From NCBI GenBank assembly GCA_002269645.1, contig NIVC01001262.1, positions 62,001 through 126,000 of the forward strand: a stretch of 64,000 nt of DNA. Direction: 5' to 3'. Numbering within the stretch: the stretch's first letter is position 1; the number at the start of each line of letters is the position of its first letter. This DNA is from Macrostomum lignano. Lineage: Eukaryota. Positions 11,401 through 25,464 of the stretch are shown here, one piece after another. A program made the position numbers and the translations under genes. Below the pieces are notes generated by a model. It ran no database searches and had not been told where the DNA came from. It saw only the letters and a program-made list of their open reading frames with translations.

Positions 11401-14400
11401 CCCTCCCCGAGAGTCGGGATTCGATTGCGAGACCTCGCGCCACGAAAATGCAGCCGCCTTTCCACCGCGCACTCTTTTTTTGCGTCGTTTAAATAAAAAT
11501 AAATTTGGGGACGCCAATGAAAGAAGGCCGCAGGAAGCTGGGCGGATGAGGCGCCTTTATCGCCTCACCCTCGTTGAGCAGCTTCCTAATGAGCGCCTTC
11601 CGTCCCGAGCTTTACACAGCTGGGCGGGGGCGGCCCGCGAGCTTTGCCAGCTTGATGGGGAGGTGAGGAAGCTGAGCCGCTAGGGCTGGCTGGGCTTATG
11701 CCTGCATCTAAGGTTCCCCGCCTCCGCTCGGCATCACTCTGGCCCTGCTTCGGCACGCGCCAGACTAGTTGGGGATGCAGGTGGGGAGCCCAGCTGCAGC
11801 AAGCCCGGCTACTCCGCTCTCTCGCCCTCTCACCCGAAAACTCGCCTTTCAAGCCGATTCGAGGCCTCGGGGGGCAGCCGCCCCATCAGCACCACCTTGC
11901 TGCCTCATCTCATCAGACTCTCGAGCTTAGCATCCTATTCACTGAGCCAGGCTGGCACGTGAAGAAACAAAGGTAGAAAAAAAGACTGCAAGCTCCCTCA
12001 CCAGCTCACAATCCCCCCCCCCTGGAGTCGTTTGCAGTTCGCGCCCGCAGGGGACGGGACTGAAGCGAGCGAAGCTGTTGGGGAGGAGTTTCGCAGCAGC
12101 GCCCGTTTTCTACTACAAATCGGCCGGGTCGATGGCCGGGTCGATGGCCGGGTCGATGACCGGCGCTGCCTCAGCTCTCCTGCCCGCGCTCGTGTTTCTT
12201 TTGGGCTGCGAGAGAGAAACCCGGGGGGGGGGCAGAAGGGGGCAGCAGAAGAAGACAATTTTCAAGCAAAGCTCAAAACACGCAGCTTTCCAGTGCAACA
12301 TTTCATTCCCTCAGGACCAGCTGTTTCTGTTCGAGAAATTCGAACCCCCGACCGTCAGCTCACCTTTCATGTAGTTCAGGGCGATCTTCTGCGGGTCGCT
12401 GATCACCTCGCCATTGTGCACGTAGGTTGTCCTGAAGTTGATGAGGATGTCCGCGATGAAGGTGACGTCCACGATGAGATCAATGATCACCAGAGGATCC
12501 GGGTGGTTTGACTGCGACACGGAGGAGCGAGTCTTCGAGTCCTGGAAGTGGGTTGGGTTGATCAGCTGTCTGGGACTGATCTATCAGCTGTCTGGGACTG
12601 ATCTATCAGCTGTCTGGGACTGATCTATAAGCTGTCTGGGACTGATCCATCAGCTGTCTGGGACTGATCTATCAGCTGTCTGGGACTGATCCATCAGCTG
12701 TCTGGGACTGATCTATCAGCTGTCTGGGACTGAGGACTGATCTATCAGCTGTCTGGGACTGATCTATCAGCTGTCTGGGACTGATCCATCAGCTGTCTGG
12801 GACTGATCCATCAGCTGTCTGGGACTGATCTATCAGCTGTCTGGGACTGATCCATCAGCTGTCTGGGACTGATCCATCAGCTGTCTGGGACTGATCCATC
12901 AGCTGTCTGGGACTGATCTATCAGCTGTCTGGGACTGATCTATCAGCTGTCTGGGACTGATCTATCAGCTGTCTGGGACTGATCTATCAGCTGTCTGGGA
13001 CTGATCTATCAGCTGTCTAGAACTGATCTATCAGCTGTCTAGGACTGATCTATCCGCTATCTACACTATCTGAAACTGAAATCTTTCAATTCAAAACCCG
13101 CACCTCATTCAGTTTCATCTTGGTCTTGTCCTCGTTGAGCAAGAATGCCGCCGTGTACGGAGTGAACACCGCGGTGTACAGCACCAGCATGAGGATCACC
13201 CAGTCCCACACTGCTTTGAACGGAGAGTAGTGGAGAATCACGAACCTGAAATGCCGAAGTTTTGGCTCTTTTTGCAGTGGATTCCACGATCAGTGCTCTG
13301 ATCTCATTTTATTTTGGCTTCATTTTGGATTCACTCACTCACTCACTCACTCACTCACTCACTCACTCACTCACTCACTCACTCACTCACTCACTCACTC
13401 ACTCACTCACTCACTCACTCACTCACTCAATAATTCAGTCAGTCAGTCAGTCAGTCAGTCAGTCAGTCAGTCAGTCAGTCAGTCAGTCAGTCAGTCAGTC
13501 AGTCAGTCAGTCAGTCAGTCAGTCAGTCAGTCAGTCAGTCAGTCAGTCAGTCAGTCAGTCAGTCAGTCAGTCAGTCAGTCAGTCAGTCAGTCAGTCAGTC
13601 AGTCAGTCAGTCAGTCAGTCAGTCAGTCAGTCAGTCAGTCAGTCAGTCAGTCAGTCAGTCAGTCAGTCAGTCACTCAATGATTTACCTAGTCGCTCCTAC
13701 CTGGGAAAAGTCTGTCTGGCCTGGTACTGCGCCTGCGCCAGGACATTCTCGTGCTCATCCGACTGCATCGAACCACCCACCACCGCGGCCGCCGCTGCTA
13801 GAGCAGCCGCCTCTGACGATGACGCCTTCGGGTCGCCTTCGCTTTGACCGTCGCTGCCGCTGTCTTCGCTGTCGTCTCGACGATCCCGCTGGCGCTGGTG
13901 CTGCAGACGAGGCCCCGAGTCCGGCATGGGGGACTCGTCTCGGACGAAGAAGTTGGCACCTCTGAAGTCGGCGGGGGAGTCAAACTGAGCGATTGGGCGT
14001 TTGATGCATGCGTGCAGACTGGCCTCTGAGTGCTGAATCCGCCTGTCCCTGTCTGTCCCTGTCTGTCCCTGTCTGTCCCTGCCTGTCCCTGTCTGTCCCT
14101 GCCTGTCCCTGTCTGTCCCTGTCTGTCCCTGTCTGTCCCTGTCTGTCCCTGTCTGTCCCTGTCTGTCCCTGTCTGTCCCTGCCTGTCCCTGTCTGTCCCT
14201 GTCTGTCCCTGTCTGCCCCTGTCTGTCCCTGTCTGTCCCTGTCTGTCCCTGTCTGTCCCTGTCTGTCCCTGCCTGTCCCTGTCTGTCCCTGTCCCTGTCT
14301 GTCCCTGTCTGTCCCTGCCTGTCCCTGTCTGTCCCTGCCTGTCCCTGTCTGTCCCTGTCTGTCCCTGTCTGTCCCTGTCTGTCCCTGTCTGTCCCTGCCT

Positions 14401-17022
14401 GTCCCTGTCTGTCCCTGCCTGTCCCTGTCTGTCCCTGTCTGTCCCTGTCTGCCCCTGTCTGTCCCTGTCTGTCCCTGTCTGTCCCTGTCTGTCCCTGTCT
14501 GTCCCTGCCTGTCCCTGTCTGTCCCTGTCCCTGTCTGTCCCTGTCTGTTGCCTGTCCCAGTCTGTCTTGCCTGTCTCTGCCTGTCTCTGTTTGTCTGTGT
14601 CTCTCCCCGTCTGTCTGTGTCTCTTACTGTCTGTCCCTGTCTGTCCCTGTCTGTCCCTGTCTGTCTCTGTTTGTCCCTATCTGTCCGTGACTCTCCCTGT
14701 CTCTCCCTTGTCTCTCCCTGTCTCTCCCTTATCTCTCCCTGTCTTTCCCTGTCTCTTCCTGTCTCTCCCTGTCAAACACCTGCCTCAGCAGTTCCCACAC
14801 TGGAGACAATTGCAGCTTTATTTACAATGCAATGAAACCCCGAGTCACCTGCGCTGAGGCTGCTGTGGCCATTCTGTGGGCTGGCTGCTGATCCAGACAT
14901 CTGGCCTGGGAATGCATACGGGGCAGTTTAGTTATTTGACAAAGCAAAGAGCCGGCCAACGTGCCGCTCACAGGCGGTACAGTACAATGGGCTGCAATCA
15001 GGTAATTGTTCTCACAGGGTCACAGTCTGGCTGAGTAGCCGGGCGTCATGATTAGCGAGCAATAAAGCAATTAGCTGATTGTAAATTGCAAATGTAAATT
15101 AACATTGATTGGAGGTGACATTGATTGAGGGAGGTAAAATTATTTTATTAGTTGGCGTTGTTACACTTCTATTAAAACTGTGCGGTAGCAGACAAGAAAG
15201 CATTCCAGAGCCTTAAGATTGCATGAAATCTCTGTTGCGTCTCCTTTGGTCCAGCTACTACAGCCCAAAATTAGCTCAAAATAGCGCTTTTCATTTAGGA
15301 TTCTCACTTTTTAACTTTTGGCCATAGACTACCTGACTAGCCTCCCGGCCTTAGACTACCTGACTAGCCTTCCGGCCATAGACTACCTGACTAGCCTCCC
15401 GGCCTTAGACTACCCGACTAGCCTCCCGGCCATAGACTACCTGACTAGCCTCCCGGCCTTAGACTACCTGACTAGCCTTCCGGCCATAGACTACCTGACT
15501 AGCCTCCCGGCCTTAGACTACCCGACTAGCCTCCCGGCCATAGACTACCTGACTAGCCTCCCGGCCTTAGACTACCTGACTAGCCTTCCGGCTATAGACT
15601 ACCTGACTAGCCTCCCGGCCATAGACTACCTGACTAGCCTCGCGGCCATAGACTACCTGACTAGCCTCCCGGCCTTAGACTACCTGACTAGCCTCCCGGC
15701 CATAGACTACCTGACTAGCCTCCCGGCCTTAGACTACCTGACTAGCCTCCCGGCCTTAGACTACCTGACTAGCCTTCCGGCCATAGACTACTTGACTAGC
15801 CTCCCGGCCATAGACTACCTGACTAGCCTCCCGGCCATAGACTACCTGACTAGCCTCCCGGCCATAGACTACCTGACTAGCCTCCCGGCCATAGACTACC
15901 CGACTAGCCTCCCGGCCATAGACTACCCGACTAGCCTCCCGGCCTTAGACTACCCGACTAGCCTCCCGGCCATAGACTACCCGACTAGCCTCCCGGCCAT
16001 AGACTACCTGACTAGCCTCCCGGCCTTAGACTACCTCACTAGCCTCCCAGCCATAGACTACCTCACTAGCCTCCCAGCCATAGACTACCTGACTAGCCTC
16101 CCGGCCTTAGACTACCTGACTTGCCTCCCGGCCTTAGACTACCTCACTAGCCTCCCAGCCATAGACTACCTGACTAGCCTCCCGGCCATAGTCTACTTGA
16201 CTAGCTCCCGGCCATAGCTTTCAGCTTAAAACTGTGGGAGCAGAGAGGATCAGAGAGCAGGCAAACAACACGGCATAACGATCATTAAGTTGAGCCACAT
16301 GTACTTTTAAGGGAAAGATCGTGTTCTGACGTTTGTAGATTTTCTGACGACAAGCGTCCGTTTAAATGTACATAGGAGGCAGAATGCCCACGAGGTTGCC
16401 GCGTGATTCTATGGCCAGAAAGTCTGCAGACCTTAGAACAGTCGGCTTTTCTCTGAAAGTACATCCGACGTAATTTCTTTCTAGCTTTGCCGTATTGCTT
16501 GTCAGCTCGCTTCTCTCTGGATGGAAAGTTCAAGGCGAGGGACTCTGGTAGGACGTCTACCAGGTACTGAGGTAAGTTCAAGTTCACATGCACCTTTCAA
16601 TGTCAGTTCTTGTTTTTGTTTTGTGTTATCGAACTAAAAACTCCGCGCCGATTTAAACAAAGAACAACCCACCTGACGTAGTCGCCTGCCACCGACTTGA
16701 GCGGCAGCGGCTGCAGCGAGTGGTGCGGCTGCTGTCCGGACGTCCCGGACGTGGACGGGCCGCCGCCGCTGCCGCCACCGCCGCCGCCGCCGGTCGCCGC
16801 CTGCAGGCTGGACATCGGGAAGGCGGTCTGTCCGGCCCTCGCCCGCAGCATCAGCACTCGGCTGCCCTTGTGGACGAGGGTGGCCGGGGTGCCGGCCTCG
16901 GCCGGGTGAACCACAACGCCCGGGGTGACGAGTTCAGGCGCTGCCGGCTTGCGCTGCGGCAGCTGCCCGCCGGCCGAGGATTTCTGAGCCAGCGGGCTGC
17001 CCGACCAGCCGGGATTCTCCAT
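2178..17022 (-). CDS. erg: ERG-subfamily KCNH voltage-gated K+ channel, spliced gene model (~877 aa)
   Basis: Exons 16673-17022, 13701-13961, 13104-13245, 12364-12541, 7600-7871, 6811-7185, 5927-6116, 5338-5754, 5026-5057, 4838-4989, 2178-2442 join at GT-AG sites with consistent phases (2634 nt). Motifs: [13 protein letters not shown] (S1), [14 protein letters not shown] (S4), [12 protein letters not shown] (KCNH pore, ERG-type SPNT), [12 protein letters not shown] (C-linker), CNBHD, C-terminal coiled coil. The two most 5' exons are less certain. Confidence 0.9.
2589..4231 (+). mobile_element. Decayed piggyBac-family DNA transposon in the last ERG intron (antisense to host)
   Basis: Imperfect inverted repeats ctccgttccagtcgga-tggtaagcag (2589-2614) and ctgcttaccatagccgaccggaacggag (4204-4231) bracket transposase remnants; no intact TTAA TSD seen, so the ends are uncertain. 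Confidence 0.75.
3030..4015 (+). pseudogene. piggyBac (PGBD4-like, DDE_Tnp_1_7) transposase remnant
   Basis: ORF 3392-4015: [51 protein letters not shown] (DN motif changed to DK). Upstream frame gives [20 protein letters not shown] and an acidic N-terminus. Frameshifted and truncated before the third catalytic Asp. Confidence 0.9.
4838..4989 (-). CDS. erg: ERG exon (start of coiled coil, [15 protein letters not shown])
   Basis: Donor AC|gtgagc (phase 2) joins exon 2178-2442 to give [15 protein letters not shown]; acceptor atgcag at 4990-4992. Confidence 0.75.
5026..5057 (-). CDS. erg: ERG 32-nt micro-exon (or part of a longer exon with a retained 36-nt intron)
   Basis: Acceptor ttggcag (phase 1) and donor GAA|gtgagt; phases fit both neighbours. 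Confidence 0.6.
5338..5754 (-). CDS. erg: ERG exon, cyclic-nucleotide-binding homology domain
   Basis: [24 protein letters not shown]...[10 protein letters not shown]...[12 protein letters not shown]...FKVTFNL; GT-AG boundaries. Confidence 0.95.
5927..6116 (-). CDS. erg: ERG exon, C-linker
   Basis: [32 protein letters not shown]; acceptor ttgcag, donor G|gtgagt. Confidence 0.95.
6131..6782. repeat. 18-bp minisatellite filling ERG intron 6117-6810
   Basis: Unit ccggtgtgcactctctca with 20-bp variants. Confidence 0.95.
6811..7185 (-). CDS. erg: ERG exon, S5-P linker, pore and S6
   Basis: VGWLDHL...[31 protein letters not shown]...IFGNVSSI; 375 nt, phase 0 at both ends. Confidence 0.97.
7268..7470. 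repeat. ~29-bp minisatellite in ERG intron
   Basis: gactcgcctgtcacttcccctgatcctct, about 7 copies. Confidence 0.9.
7600..7871 (-). CDS. erg: ERG exon, S3-S5
   Basis: [17 protein letters not shown]...[26 protein letters not shown]...AHWFACIFY. Confidence 0.95.
7895..8395. repeat. 54-bp composite minisatellite next to the ERG acceptor
   Basis: cccagctcctgcttcataaccagctccagcttcatcccaaacttgagcctcatc repeated; 18-aa periodicity in the ORF track. Confidence 0.9.
10165..11160. repeat. G-rich minisatellite (gggatggggagggatctga family)
   Basis: About 1 kb of 17-19-bp GGA-rich units. Confidence 0.9.
12364..12541 (-). CDS. erg: ERG exon, S2-S3
   Basis: [46 protein letters not shown]; acceptor ttccag, donor G|gtgagc. 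Confidence 0.93.
12562..13065. repeat. 22-bp minisatellite filling ERG intron 12542-13103
   Basis: gactgatctatcagctgtctgg repeated. Confidence 0.95.
13104..13245 (-). CDS. erg: ERG exon, S1
   Basis: [38 protein letters not shown] (this frame is not listed in the ORF track); acceptor ttcag, donor GAG|gtgcgg. Confidence 0.93.
13331..13675. repeat. Compound microsatellite (TCAC)n-(TCAG)n
   Basis: Two tetranucleotide tracts joined by a short aataat spacer; fills most of intron 13246-13700. Confidence 0.95.
13701..13961 (-). CDS. erg: ERG exon, proximal N-terminus
   Basis: ...[17 protein letters not shown] joins FVILHYSPF through donor AG|gtagga; best acceptor gacttcag at 13962 (phase 2), alternatives exist. 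Confidence 0.7.
14040..14770. repeat. 10-bp (ctgtccctgt)n array
   Basis: Direct reading; degenerates towards the 3' end. Confidence 0.95.
15320..16217. repeat. 27-bp minisatellite
   Basis: cccggccatagactacctgactagcct, about 33 copies. Confidence 0.95.
16673..17022 (-). CDS. erg: Putative first coding exon of ERG (low complexity, Gly/Ala/Pro-rich)
   Basis: GC-rich open frame from gccATGG at 17022 to donor AG|gtgggt (phase 2, fits 13961); an acceptor at 17042 means further upstream exons are possible. Confidence 0.5.
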
Positions 17023-17084
17023 GGCAACGAGGGCTCGCGGCCTGGAGTTGCAGGGGTGACTAATTAGCTCAGAAACCGGACGTA

Positions 17085-17735
17085 AAGGTAGCATCAGGGA
17101 CATCCGGAGGGTAGCATCAGGGACATCCGGAGGATAGCATCAGGGACATCCGGAGGGTAGCATCAGGGACATCCGGAGGGTAGCATCAGGGACATCCGAA
17201 GGGTAGCATCAGGGACATCCGGAGCGTAGCATCAGGGAATTCCAGAGGGTAGCATCAGGGACATCCGGAGGGTAGCATCAGGGACATCCGGAGGGTAGCA
17301 TCAGGGACATCCGGAGGGTAGCATCAGGGACATCCGGAGGGTAGCATCAGGGACATCCGGAGGGTAGCATCAGGGACATCCGGAGGGTAGCATCAGGGAC
17401 ATCCGGAGGGTAGCATCAGGGACATCCAGAGGGTAGCATCAGGGACATCCGGAGCGTAGCATCAGGGAATTCCAGAGGGTAGCATCAGGGACATCCGGAG
17501 GGTAGCATCAGGGAATTCCAGAGGGTAGCATCAGGGACATCCGGAGGGTAGCATCAGGGACATCCGGAGGGTAGCATCAGGGACATCCGGAGGGTAGCAT
17601 CAGGGACATCCGGAGGGTAGCATCAGGGACATCCGGAGGGTAGCATCAGGGAATTCCAGAGGGTAGCATCAGGGACATCCGGAGGGTAGCATCAGACACC
17701 CGGAGGGTAGCATCAGACACCCGGAGGATAGCATC
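17085..17735. repeat. 23-bp minisatellite
   Basis: agggtagcatcagggacatccgg repeated. Confidence 0.95.
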
Positions 17736-17909
17736 AAACGGATCGCTAGCCCAAGAAGGTTATTGAATACACACACAGCCAGCACTACAAGTTGAGCAGA
17801 AACGGCTGCGGTTAGTGCACAGCAACTAGACTTGGCAGCAACAGTAAAAGAGTAGAAAAGGAAGCTGAGCTCCAATTTACCCCGCTGTGATGGGGCAGCA
17901 GTCAGTCGG

Positions 17910-18255
17910 CTGAACCATCTAGCATGAGCAATGAGCATGAGAGAACCATCTAGCATGAGCAATGAGCATGAGAGAACCATCTAGCATGAGCAATGAGCAT
18001 GAGAGAACCTTCTAGCATGAGCAATGAGCATGAGAGAACCTTCTAGCATGAGCAATGAGCATGAGAGAACCTTCTAGCATGAGCAATGAGCATGAGAGAA
18101 CCTTCTAGCATGAGCAATGAGCATGAGAGAACCTTCTAGCATGAGCAATGAGCATGAGAGAACCATCCAGCATGAGCAATGAGCATGAGAGAACCTTCTA
18201 GCATGAGCAATGAGCATGAGAGAACCATCCAGCATGAGCAATGAGCATGAGAGAG
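17910..18255. repeat. 31-bp minisatellite
   Basis: agaaccatctagcatgagcaatgagcatgag repeated. Confidence 0.95.
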
Positions 18256-18639
18256 CCATTTAGTAGACTAACAAAAAAAGCGAAAGCAGGCAAGCCAAAA
18301 GCTAGAATGTTTTCTGTTTCGCATCAGTCGGCTTGAAAACCGCAGCTTTCAATGCAGCCTCCCAGTCTCGCGTGACACAGCAGATCTGACTGATTGACAA
18401 CTTGCGATTCTGTGTTTCTCGAAGTTTGAAGATGCCTCAGCCTGTCAGCTGGACTGCCCGACCCCGGATGCCTGCCTGTCGCTTACACTTTCATGCCGAC
18501 ACACCAAGGCCGTGCGCTCATCTTCCACCTGTCTCCTGCCTGTCGCTCATTCCAATTCTTCTATTACGAGATTTGATGTCGAGCTAGTGAAGACAGCGCT
18601 TCCCCGCGTCTCTCTCCCCGCTGTCCTCCCTCACCTTAA

Positions 18640-19160
18640 GTTCCCCTCCCTCTCTCCTATCTCCTATCTTACCCTTCATGTCGCTCTCCTATATCACACC
18701 CTCCATCACTCTAATCCCAGCACCTCTTCTATCACTCCAATCTCACCCTCTCCTATCTCACCCCTCTCTTACCTCACCCCTCTCTTACCTCACCCCTCTC
18801 CTATCTCACTCCTCTCTTACCTCACCCCTCTCCTATCTCACTCCTCTCTTACCTCACCCCTCTCCTATCTCACCCCTCTCTTATCTCACTCCTCTCCTAT
18901 CTCACTCCTCTCTTACCTCACCCCTCTCCTATCTCACCCATCTCCTATCTCACCCCTCTCCTATCTCATCCCTCTCCTATTTCACCCCTCTCCTATCTCA
19001 CCCCTCTCCTATCTCACCCCTCTCCTATCTCATCCCTCTCCTATTTCACCCCTCTCCTATCTCATCCCTTTCCTATCTCACCCCTCTCCTATCTCACCCC
19101 TCTCTTATCTCACCCCTCTCCTATCTCACCCCTCTCCTATCTCATCCTCTCTCCCTCACT
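18640..19160. repeat. 16-bp pyrimidine-rich minisatellite
   Basis: ctcacccctctcctat repeated. Confidence 0.9.
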
Positions 19161-19819
19161 CTGCCCTCTCTCCCAGCCCGCTGTGTGGCAGCAGTGAGCA
19201 GGGACCTCTGCAGAGGCCGCAAGCCGATTAATCACCCGCCATGTTAATCACATTTCTCTGGCGCACACTCCGGTTTTCGCCGGAGGACTCTGGGGGGGGG
19301 GGGCGGGAAACTCATTCGACCGCCGCCCCAGCTCTGCGCCATGGCGATGTCGGGAAGGCGGAGTCGTGAATTGCCTCTCCTGCCACAAGCAGACGGCGGG
19401 GCGACGCCCTTTTTTAGCACAGACGGCTCCAAGCAAAAGATCTTCTTCTTTCCTTCTTGAAGGAGAGCCGTCACCTCCGCTTTTAGCTTTCTGCCTCATC
19501 TTTTCTCATTGAAGCTTCAATTATGCCACTCAAAGCCCCGCGAGCAGCGGCAAATTTTGCTGATTGAGGAAATTTTCCCCAGTCAAAGCTGAGCGGCATG
19601 ATTTAAAAAAGCATTCATTTTTCTTTAACAAAAGTTCAAGCAATTTGAATTTTTTTAGGGGCGGCCTTGTACGGAGTGGGGGCCTGCGTGGGAGCGGCAA
19701 CAGGTGATCCCGTGATTCCCCTATAGAAAGGTCTGCAGCAAATTGGTGCCGCGATTTTTAAGAACTCAACTGCAATGACGAGAGAACAAGTATTGATTAG
19801 TGAATGAGTTGGAGCCTGA

Positions 19820-21540
19820 ATATCACATGGGTTAGTATTGGGATCGGGATCGGGATCGGGATTGGGATCGGGATCGGGATCGGGATCGGGATCGGGATTG
19901 GGATCGAGATCCCGATTGGGATTGGGATCGGGATTGGGATCGGGATCGGGATCGCGATTGAGATCGGGATTGGGATCGAGATCGGGATCGGGATTGGGAT
20001 CGGGATCGGGATCGGGATCGGGATCGGGATCGGGATCGGGATTGAGATCGGGATCGGGATCGGGATTGGGATTGGGATCGGGATTGGGATTGGGATTGGG
20101 ATTGGGATCGGGATTGGGATCGGGATTGGGATTGGGATTGGGATCGAGATCGGGATTGGGATTGGGATCGGGATTGGGATCGGGATCGGGATTGGGATTG
20201 AGATCGGGATTGGGATCGGGATCGAGATCGGGATTGGGATTGGGATCGGGATTGGGATCGGGATCGAGATCGGGATCGGGATTGGGATCGCGATTGGGAT
20301 CGGGATCGGGATCGGGATTGGGATTGGGATCGGGATTGGGATCGGGATCGGGATCGGGATTGGGATTGGGATCGGGATCGAGATCGGGATTGGGATTGGG
20401 ATCGGGATTGGGATCGGGATCGAGATCGGGATTGGGATTGGGATCGGGATTGGGATCGGGATCGAGATCGGGATTGGGATTGGGATCGGGATTGGGATCG
20501 GGATCGGGATCGCGATTGAGATCGGGATTGGGATCGAGATCGGGATCGGGATTGGGATCGGGATCGGGATCGGGATCGGGATCGGGATCGGGATCGGGAT
20601 TGAGATCGGGATCGGGATCGGGATTGGGATTGGGATCGGGATTGGGATTGGGATCGGGATTGGGATCGGGATCGGGATCGGGATCGGGATTGGGATCGGG
20701 ATTGGGATCGGGATTGGGATTGGGATTGGGATCGAGATCGGGATTGGGATTGGGATCGGGATTGGGATCGGGATCGGGATTGGGATTGAGATCGGGATTG
20801 GGATCGGGATCGAGATCGGGATTGGGATTGGGATCGGGATTGGGATCGGGATCGAGATCGGGATTGGGATTGGGATCGGGATTGGGATCGGGATCGGGAT
20901 CGGGATCGCGATTGAGATCGGGATTGGGATCGAGATCGGGATCGGGATTGGGATCGGGATCGGGATCGGGATCGGGATCGGGATCGGGATCGGGATTGAG
21001 ATCGGGATCGGGATCGGGATCGGGATTGGGATCGGGATTGGGATCGGGATCGGGATCGGGATCGGGATTGGGATCGGGATTGGGATTGGGATCGGGATTG
21101 GGATCGAGATCGGGATTGGGATTGGGATCGGGATTGGGATCGAGATCGGGATCGGGATCGGGATTGGGATCGGGATCGGGATCGGGATCGGGATTGGGAT
21201 CGAGATCGGGATCGGGATCGAGATCGGGATCGGGATCGGGATCGGGATTGGGATCGAGATCGGGATCGGGATTGGGATCGGGATCGGGATCGCGATTGAG
21301 ATCGGGATTGGGATCGAGATCGGGATCGGGATTGGGATCGGGATCGGGATCGGGATCGGGATCGGGATCGGGATCGGGATTGAGATCGGGATTGGGATCG
21401 GGATCGGGATCGGGATTGGGATCGGGATTGGGATCAGGATTGGGATCGGGATCGGGATCGGGATCGGGATTGAGATCGGGATTAGGATCGGGATCGGGAA
21501 AGGGATCAGGATCGGGATTGAGATCGGGATTGGGATCGGG
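19820..21540. repeat. Hexamer satellite (GGGATY)n, ~1.7 kb
   Basis: gggatc/gggatt with rarer gagatc and gcgatt variants. Confidence 0.97.
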
Positions 21541-22249
21541 ATTTGGAAATCAAACCATGCTCACCATGCCGAGCGTCATGCGGAGATCAGTAGACTATCG
21601 AATTGCTTACAGAAGCAGCAGTATGAACAAAGCACAATCTTCTTCACCTTTACGAACCGGAGGAAACCAACAGAAAGATGTCCAAAGCAGACAGACGGGA
21701 GCTGTGAGCAGCAATGATGGAGTCTGGCTGAGTAGGCCAGAGAGTGGGTAAAATACGGCTGGGGCTGTCAGAGCCCCCTGCTTTCTATTGGCCAGCAGCT
21801 GCCCAGATGCTGTTTATTATAAAATCTACTTGGGTTTGCGGGATGCCCGAAAAACTTCTAATTTTATACTTTGGAGTTTCCGCCTTCACCAATTTCTTCT
21901 GTCACACTGCGGGCCTGCAGCTGCTCGGCCTCCGGCGCGCGCCTCCCCCTCGTTGGGACTCAAAGACAGACTCCAAGGATCTGGCCCCGAAAATCTTATA
22001 ATCCAAGCAGCCTTGTGTGCTCTGGCATCACAATGCGCTGTCCAACTAGAGGCTCAGAGGGCTCATTGTTTGCTGAAATTTCCCAGCAGGAAATGAGAGA
22101 GGGGCCCGCTTGACTCTCTTTTTCTTCCTTCCTCACCGCTGGCGTTTCCCAGCCTCCACTCAGTGCAGCTGGACCGCCATTGTGCCAGCCACCACTCTTC
22201 AGTGGTCAGGCGGTGAAATTCACTGAAGATGCACTTGGCCTGCCTGCTT

Positions 22250-22880
<631 letters not shown>

Positions 22881-23579
22881 TAAACAACTACAGTACTGAG
22901 AGTAGCAACTATCGCAAACATTTAGGCATTTGCAAACAAAATTATCCTCAATCGCATCTACTGATTCAGGAACCAAGCGGTCAGGAAAAACTTTGAGTCT
23001 CACAAATACTCGGCGCAAACAAGACAGCCTCCTCGATTTTCTTCAAGCGGCCCTCCGGCGGCAGCATCAGCAGCAGCTGCATCATCCCGCGGCGGTTCCG
23101 CAACACGGAAAACGCTTTAGGCTTTGTCTCAGCGGCTGCTGAGCCGCCCTCAAATGGGGAGCAAAGAAGCGCCGGGCCCGGGGAAGCCGCAGCAGTTTTT
23201 CGAAGCTCGCTGCAGCCGCTGAGGCGGAGCGGGAGGGTGGCGCCGCCGCACTGCACTGTATTGATTCCCCAGCTGTAGAATTAAAACAATGCTCGCATGG
23301 GCTGCTCCGCCTCCCACGGCTTCCCGTCACCCGTCCAGCATCTGCGCTGCATCTCCGCGTTAGACTAGCCATACCCATCCTGCGGCTCTGGCTGCCTGCA
23401 TAGCTGTGCCGCCCTACCCGCCACGCGCAATTCAGGAAATGCCTGCTGAATTCCCAGCAACCGCCCCCTCCTGAGACGGGCGTCAAGAGCTCAGCCGATC
23501 CTGAGTTACTCAGTCACACCTGAATCACGCACTGTAGCTTGCAAGCACAGCTGGCTTTATATGACCGGAATTCGAGCTC

Positions 23580-24840
<1,261 letters not shown>

Positions 24841-25464
24841 TCCTCCCCCACAGCTGCATCCCAAAATGCCCTTTTAAAGCTGCTGATGCAGGAAGTAATA
24901 ATTCGGTTGCGAGCCAGCAGAGCACGGCATCCCAGAGGCCATTATGCTAATTATCATAATGGCGCGAGTCCATGAAAGTTCGCAGCGAAGCAGCGGCCTC
25001 TCAGAACTCTTTGAGGGGGGGGGGCGGTTTCAAAAAGAAACAGCCGTCCCATGGGCGCCGACCCCACCGGACACTCAACATGCAAATGAGCGGCCCAGAG
25101 ACAGCAAAATCAATCGGGCAGCGGATCAATCAATTTTATTAGGGCCGGGGCGCCTCCAAGGGACAAATTCCAGCGCGGGAGACGAACCGGAGCTGGGCAG
25201 AAATATGTCCGAATCGGGTCCTCTACCAGATGCGACGGAATTTCAAGTGAGTTAAAAACTGGGGGATTTCTTCCCGAGCCGTCTCCATCTTCTCAGGGAT
25301 GCGAGGAGGATCAGTCATAACCAGATCGATAAGTTGCAGGCGTCTCTTGGCCCGGAATGACAAAAGCGGGTGGATGCTCGGCTGACTGGCTCGGCGCAAA
25401 TCTGATGAGGATTTCTTCTGGATTAATTCGTGCGCCTACAAGTCTGGGATTCGCTTCCAGAGCC

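Noticed and set aside
15318-16217. 299-aa PAIDYLTSL repeat ORF
   Set aside because: A 27-bp array inside an ERG intron; stop-free by chance, with no non-repeat coding context.
19804-21751. 637-aa (GI)n and (GS/GL)n ORFs
   Set aside because: A hexamer satellite open in several frames, with no codon-level constraint or flanking domain.
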